Virus record (IMG/VR): IMGVR_UViG_2563366799_000004
Coordinates: 1-30,453 of that record
Reading direction: 5' to 3' (one strand)
DNA from: a virus
Lineage: Duplodnaviria > Heunggongvirae > Uroviricota > Caudoviricetes
Length of the DNA stretch: 30,453 nt
The notes below the pieces were generated by a model. It saw nothing but the letters and a program-made list of their open reading frames with translations. It was not told the origin of the DNA and did not search any database. Below are positions 25,830 to 30,453 of this stretch, in pieces (the first letter of the stretch is position 1; every line of letters starts with the position of its first letter). Both the position numbers and the translations under genes were made by a program.

Positions 25830-27023
25830 TTAGTTATTCACTGCGCTGGAAAACGTAGCGAAATATTCGTCGGTGAACTCCTGTACCAGGCTGAGATTTT
25901 CCAGCGGTGGAACAGGGGTGTAGTTGTACTTAATGGTCAGTTGACCATTGCGCAGGGTTTCCGAGGTATTCGGTTCCGGGTCATACCAGCAGTGGGCGCC
26001 CAGCAGCTTGCCAGCCGTCACATATGAGGTCAGCTTCTTATTGATGCCGTCCACAATGTCCTTAACCAGCGACGGGGTAAGCGGTTTATCAACATAGGCG
26101 AAATGGGCTTCGGCGACGGTATCCGCAACGATCTGCGCGGTTCGGGTATAGCTTTCGAAGATATACGTTTCCGCGTCGCAGGTACGCGATCCCCAGATGC
26201 GGTAGCCGTCCTGCTTGATCAGCGTGGTAACGCCTGCTGCGTTCAGTTCGTCGGCGTCGGTATCGGTGCCCTGCAACGTGAAATAGATATCCCGATCCAT
26301 CCCCAGCACGTTATTAACGGGCACGTTGGAAATGGTTTTATGCCAGCCCTGCGTTGCGTCGATTTTGGCTCGCATCCCAACAGCATGGGCACCCACGGGC
26401 ACGGTGGCATTAGCCCCGGCGTTGGTGTCGTAGCAGATGAAATTAGGCCAGATAACCATCATTTCACGCTGGGAGAATTGCTCGCGGTATTCCTTCACTT
26501 CGGCGATTGTGTTGCAACCGTTCGCTGCCACGTAAGCAAACGCGCGCAGCTTTTCGGCAATGACGCCGAGTTGTGCGGCTACCGCTTCCGTATCAAGCCC
26601 TGGAACAGCCAGTACACGCGGGCGCACACCTACGCGCATTTCGGCAGACAGCAGCGCGTACATGCCGGTAAAGCGCCCGTTTGCATCGGTGCCGCCAATA
26701 ACCAGTTGATCCTGGGTCTGTGCGGTGCCGCCTTCTGGCGGTTCGATATTTGCAGCATCAGCAACGCGGATCACAATGGTTTGCGGGCTGGTCTGGTCTG
26801 AAATCGCTTTCAGGGTGGTAAACAGGGTGCCGGTTTTACCTGCCTTGCCCAGCATGTTAGCCACGCGGGTAATCAGTACAGGGGTATCCAGCGGGAACGC
26901 TGTTTCGTCCGCATCATCAGCGGTGCAGACAACGCCGATCACCGCCGAATCAATGTCGGTGATCATCGTGCTAAGGTCGGTGGTTTCCGTGACGGTTACA
27001 CCGTGATGGTAGTTAGTGGCCAT
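25830..27023 (-). CDS. FI: Contractile tail sheath protein FI
   Basis: 397 aa; motifs LRAFAYVAANGC and YTPVPPLENL match P2 FI; SD GAGG before the ATG at 27023. Confidence 0.9.
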   Translation of the reverse strand: MATNYHHGVTVTETTDLSTMITDIDSAVIGVVCTADDADETAFPLDTPVLITRVANMLGKAGKTGTLFTTLKAISDQTSPQTIVIRVADAANIEPPEGGTAQTQDQLVIGGTDANGRFTGMYALLSAEMRVGVRPRVLAVPGLDTEAVAAQLGVIAEKLRAFAYVAANGCNTIAEVKEYREQFSQREMMVIWPNFICYDTNAGANATVPVGAHAVGMRAKIDATQGWHKTISNVPVNNVLGMDRDIYFTLQGTDTDADELNAAGVTTLIKQDGYRIWGSRTCDAETYIFESYTRTAQIVADTVAEAHFAYVDKPLTPSLVKDIVDGINKKLTSYVTAGKLLGAHCWYDPEPNTSETLRNGQLTIKYNYTPVPPLENLSLVQEFTDEYFATFSSAVNN

Positions 27024-27094
27024 GTATTTGCCTCGCCAGTTTAATGACTGCGAATATCATTGCGGCAATGGCGGGCCGATGCGATGGATAAGGG

Positions 27095-27143
27095 TTGTCA
27101 GCAACCTGCAACAATGACGGGGCGTTGTTCATGCGCGCGCGCG
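27095..27143. promoter_or_regulatory. Late promoter element centred between divergent FI and D: TTGT-N12-ACAA followed by GCGTTGTTCAT(GC)5
   Basis: Perfect dyad 27095..27114 centred at 27104.5; intergenic midpoint 27102; alternating GC tract 27133..27143 on the D-proximal side. Confidence 0.6.
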
Positions 27144-27180
27144 TGGCGACGATGTACCCCATCATGATGAAGGGGTTGAT

Positions 27181-28299
27181 ATGGACACGACAGAAAACCG
27201 ATATTCGCCGCGCCCGGCGTTCAGTATTGAGATTGAAGGTAAGCAGCTTACGGCGCTGGATAACCGGCTGATCTCCCTTTCCCTGACAGATAACCGGGGC
27301 TTTGAAGCGGACACGCTGGATCTGACTCTGGATGATGCAGACGGGCAGGTAGCCTTACCATCACGCGGCGCAAAGATATCGGTGGCGCTGGGCTGGGATA
27401 ATGATCCATTGGTTTTTAAGGGAGTGTATACGGTTGACGAGATCGGACACTCTGGCCCGCCTGACCAGCTAACGATCAGTGCCAGAAGCGCAGATTTCCG
27501 CGATACCTTTAACGTGAAGAGGGAATATAGCTGGCACGATATTACCGTGGGGGATGTGGTTGCCAGCATTGCCAGCCGTTACGATCTGCGTGCGGGCGTC
27601 AGCGAAGAACTGGCGAAGATTGAGATAGATCACGCCGATCAGACGAGTGAATCAGATATCAGCTTCTTAACGCGCATGGCCGAAATGCTGGGCGCGGTGG
27701 CAACCATTAAAAACGGTATGCTTCTGTTTATCACGCCGGGCAAGGGAGTAACGCAGAGCGGCAAGCCGCTGCCGGTGATCGAGATAGTCCGGTCAAGCGG
27801 TGATAAACATCGGTTTAACGTAGCTGACCGCGACGCGTACACGGGCGTAACTGCATACTGGCTTGATCTCAACTTTGGCAAGAAACCATCCACTACCGTG
27901 AAGAAAACCACCCGCAGGCGACGAACCAGCCAGGCCAAAAAGAAAGAACCCGCATCAAGCAAAAAAGAAGGGGATTATCTGGCCGGGGCCGAAGGCAACG
28001 TTTTTGTTATCCGTAAAACCTTCAAGACGGAAAAGGCGGCGAAGCGGGCCGCTGCGGCTAAGTGGCGGGAGTTGCAGCGTGGAGCGGCGACGTTCAGCAT
28101 CACCCTGGCGCGTGGCCGCGCGGATTTGTACCCGGAACAGCCCGCCAGCGTCTACGGCTTTAAGTCCACGATCGACAGTGGGAACTGGACGATAACGCGG
28201 TGCGTTCACGATATTGGCGGGGGAGGGTTTACCACATCGCTGGAACTGGAAGTAAAAATCGACGACTGGACAGCGGAGAGTGACGATTCAACGTCTTAA
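27181..28299 (+). CDS. D: Tail protein D (late control gene D family)
   Basis: 372 aa; P2 gpD-like N- and C-terminal regions with a basic low-complexity insert (KKTTRRRRTSQAKKKEP); SD AAGGGG. Confidence 0.85.
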   Translation: MDTTENRYSPRPAFSIEIEGKQLTALDNRLISLSLTDNRGFEADTLDLTLDDADGQVALPSRGAKISVALGWDNDPLVFKGVYTVDEIGHSGPPDQLTISARSADFRDTFNVKREYSWHDITVGDVVASIASRYDLRAGVSEELAKIEIDHADQTSESDISFLTRMAEMLGAVATIKNGMLLFITPGKGVTQSGKPLPVIEIVRSSGDKHRFNVADRDAYTGVTAYWLDLNFGKKPSTTVKKTTRRRRTSQAKKKEPASSKKEGDYLAGAEGNVFVIRKTFKTEKAAKRAAAAKWRELQRGAATFSITLARGRADLYPEQPASVYGFKSTIDSGNWTITRCVHDIGGGGFTTSLELEVKIDDWTAESDDSTS

Positions 28300-28347
28300 G
28301 CGTTATACTTGCGTTGATATTAACCAGTCCTGAAAGGAGGCCCGCGT

Positions 28348-28590
28348 ATGGCAATGCGCTGTCCTCGCTGCCGTGCAATAGCAAAAACCAGAACCAGCGT
28401 TGAGCTGAGTTTGCTTGTACGGCGCAGCTATCACCAGTGTCAAAATATGTTGTGCGGGTACTGTTTCACCAGCATGACGGAAATAGACGGTTCACTAAAT
28501 CAGACCCAGCCAGCGCCCGGCGCGATGGTGCCACAAGAAGCTTTTCCACGAAGTCACCACGGCGAAGATCAGTTATCGCTGGCATTATAA
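28348..28590 (+). CDS. ogr: Late gene transcriptional activator, Ogr/Delta zinc-finger family
   Basis: 80 aa; CPRC...HQCQNMLCGYC zinc-finger pattern as in P2 Ogr; located after D. Confidence 0.8.
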   Translation: MAMRCPRCRAIAKTRTSVELSLLVRRSYHQCQNMLCGYCFTSMTEIDGSLNQTQPAPGAMVPQEAFPRSHHGEDQLSLAL

Positions 28591-28592
28591 AA

Positions 28593-28625
28593 GCGGCCCC
28601 TAAATGGGGCCGTTATTTATTTCAT
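28593..28625. terminator. Bidirectional rho-independent terminator shared by ogr (+) and the convergent gene 28617..29264 (-)
   Basis: GCGGCCCC-taaat-GGGGCCGT hairpin; T-rich on the plus side (TATTTATTT) and on the minus side (TTTTATAAT). Confidence 0.6.
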
Positions 28626-29264
28626 GTTTATGGCTACAAACCTTGATCGTGTAAGGTTTTCACTTAAATATTGATCGCCACTATCCCCGGCCTTTTTGCC
28701 CCAGATATCACACGAAGATTCACCGCCCTGAAAAACGTAGCCTTTGGTTAAAATGTCGTTAGTCACATAAATATGATCGAATAAACCAGCCTTCCAAGCC
28801 CTGTTAGATTCCCCGTGATTGAAATAGCTGATGCATACGGACTGAACGGCACTTTTCGCCTGTAGTTCTTCTATGCTGTCAAAATTGAATGCAACTACTA
28901 AGGCTTTGTTGTAAATGACTGGTTTAACTGTGAGATTCAGATCTCCGAGCGCCTTGGATAAGGCAAGGGGAAGTTGATTAGTCGCTTCTGAAAAGTCGAT
29001 AGTGGTTGTTAATTGTTCTTTGGGTTTAGCCGCGGGTTGTGTTTGTTCTGTGTTTGTCACTGCTGGCTGGGGTTTATTTTCAGCAACAGCTTTCGGCGCG
29101 ACTGGTGCAACCATTGAACCTATGATTGCTGCCAAGAGGCACACCCCGAAGTAGATAGCAGATGAGCGCTTTCGATTTGGCATAAAAACCCATTTGGGAT
29201 TGATTAGCCCAACCCAAAAAGCGATCCCAGCAACAGCGGCGATAACGGTGATGATTGTTTCCAT
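28617..29264 (-). CDS. Hypothetical membrane-anchored protein (two N-terminal TM helices, Pro/Thr/Gln-rich linker, ~130-aa C-terminal domain); AT-rich cargo gene
   Basis: 215-aa ORF; visibly lower GC than both the prophage and fieF; not recognisable as CpxP or any phage structural protein. Confidence 0.6.
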   Translation of the reverse strand: METIITVIAAVAGIAFWVGLINPKWVFMPNRKRSSAIYFGVCLLAAIIGSMVAPVAPKAVAENKPQPAVTNTEQTQPAAKPKEQLTTTIDFSEATNQLPLALSKALGDLNLTVKPVIYNKALVVAFNFDSIEELQAKSAVQSVCISYFNHGESNRAWKAGLFDHIYVTNDILTKGYVFQGGESSCDIWGKKAGDSGDQYLSENLTRSRFVAINMK

Positions 29265-29442
29265 TGAGTACCCTCCGTATTAAGGCGGGTATTATTGTCG
29301 ATGGTGCTCAAAAACGGAACAGCCAAGCGCGGTGCGCCTGGCTGCTTCTTTGTCGAAGTGTAGTCAAAATGTAGACGAAGTTTAGAATAAATCCTTTTAT
29401 TCCATTATGTTACTGGCTGGATTTCTTCACCATCCCTGTCTT

Positions 29443-29469
29443 CCCCCACATGATGTGGGGGTTTTTTTT
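29443..29469 (+). terminator. Orphan rho-independent terminator with no upstream same-strand gene
   Basis: CCCCCACA-tga-TGTGGGGG hairpin followed by TTTTTTTT; the nearest upstream plus-strand gene ends at 28590. Confidence 0.6.
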
Positions 29470-29550
29470 ATCCTCAATTTGCCTGCTGCTTAATGCATTG
29501 CAGATGATTTGCTTCCGTTATACTAGCGTCAGTTGATAGCGGGAGTATTT

Positions 29551-30453
29551 ATGAATCAATCTTATGGACGGCTGGTCAGTCGGGCGGCGATGGCTGCGAC
29601 GGCGATGGCTTCGTTGCTATTGCTGATTAAAATTTTTGCATGGTGGTATACCGGGTCGGTGAGTATTCTCGCCGCGCTGGTGGATTCGCTGGTGGATATC
29701 GGCGCGTCGTTGACGAATTTACTGGTGGTGCGATATTCCCTGCAACCTGCCGACGATAATCACTCGTTTGGTCACGGTAAAGCTGAGTCCCTCGCGGCGC
29801 TGGCGCAAAGTATGTTTATCTCCGGTTCGGCACTATTCCTGTTTTTGACGGGTATTCAACATCTGGTATCTCCAACACCGATGACAGATCCAGGCGTCGG
29901 GGTTATCGTGACAATTGTGGCGCTAATTTGTACGATTATCCTTGTCTCGTTTCAGCGGTGGGTGGTGCGCCGGACGCAAAGCCAGGCGGTGCGGGCTGAT
30001 ATGCTACATTACCAGTCTGATGTTATGATGAACGGCGCAATTCTGCTGGCGCTGGGGTTGTCCTGGTACGGCTGGCATCGCGCCGATGCTCTGTTTGCAT
30101 TGGGAATCGGCATCTATATTTTATATAGCGCGTTACGCATGGGATATGAGGCGGTACAGTCATTACTGGATCGCGCATTGCCTGATGAGGAACGGCAAGA
30201 AATTATTGATATCGTGACTTCCTGGCCGGGTGTTAGCGGCGCTCACGATCTTCGCACGCGGCAGTCAGGGCCGACCCGCTTTATTCAGATTCATTTGGAA
30301 ATGGAAGACTCTCTGCCTTTGGTTCAGGCACATATGGTGGCGGATCAGGTAGAGCAGGCTATTTTACGGCGTTTTCCGGGATCGGATGTAATTATCCATC
30401 AGGACCCCTGTTCCGTCGTACCCAGGGAGGGTAAACGGTCTATGCTTTCATAA
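29551..30453 (+). CDS. fieF: Cation-diffusion-facilitator family Fe(II)/Zn(II) efflux transporter FieF (YiiP); host gene
   Basis: Starts [13 protein letters not shown]..., TM-rich N-terminal domain with HSFGHGKAE and cytoplasmic C-terminal domain; ATG 29551 with GGGAG SD (track start 29533 is TTG). Confidence 0.9.
   Translation: MNQSYGRLVSRAAMAATAMASLLLLIKIFAWWYTGSVSILAALVDSLVDIGASLTNLLVVRYSLQPADDNHSFGHGKAESLAALAQSMFISGSALFLFLTGIQHLVSPTPMTDPGVGVIVTIVALICTIILVSFQRWVVRRTQSQAVRADMLHYQSDVMMNGAILLALGLSWYGWHRADALFALGIGIYILYSALRMGYEAVQSLLDRALPDEERQEIIDIVTSWPGVSGAHDLRTRQSGPTRFIQIHLEMEDSLPLVQAHMVADQVEQAILRRFPGSDVIIHQDPCSVVPREGKRSMLS

Noticed and set aside
25323-27006. Plus-strand ORFs 25323..26027, 26103..26801 and 26725..27006 opposite FII and FI
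   Set aside because: Antisense to the strongly supported tail tube and sheath genes.
10150-27143. Alternating GCGCGCGC tracts as possible CRISPR repeats
   Set aside because: Only three short copies without regular repeat-spacer periodicity; each is adjacent to a late-promoter dyad, so they are interpreted as promoter-associated motifs.

Overview
About 28.6 kb of this window (1..~28620) is a P2-like temperate prophage of an enterobacterial chromosome, read here from sequence and protein-family recognition only (no database search was run). Order: integrase (-), C repressor (-), cox (+), a block of small AT-rich early ORFs, a Dam-type methyltransferase, replication protein A, one cargo gene in the A-to-cos variable locus, a cos-like site, portal Q and terminase P (-), then O-N-M-L-X, a lysis cassette (holin, CHAP-like endolysin, LysB/LysC spanins), R-S, V-W-J-I-H-G, the tail sheath/tube/tape-measure block FI-FII-E(E')-T-U, D and ogr. 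The right edge carries an AT-rich membrane-protein gene (28617..29264, -), an orphan terminator and host fieF. Points worth a second look: (1) FI-FII-E-T-U lies on the opposite strand to V-G and D-ogr, unlike canonical P2, with D served by a shared divergent late-promoter element; (2) a truncated, convergent tail-fibre-assembly fragment after G, the footprint of a lost invertible segment; (3) a ~70 bp direct repeat with a nested stem at 14791 and 21314; (4) a composite motif TTGT-N12-ACAA + TTGTT + (GC)5 at all three late promoter regions; (5) uncharacterised cargo genes at the A-to-cos locus and the ogr-proximal junction, which are the best candidates for a novel accessory or defence function. 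No tRNA, rRNA, CRISPR array or transposase was seen.
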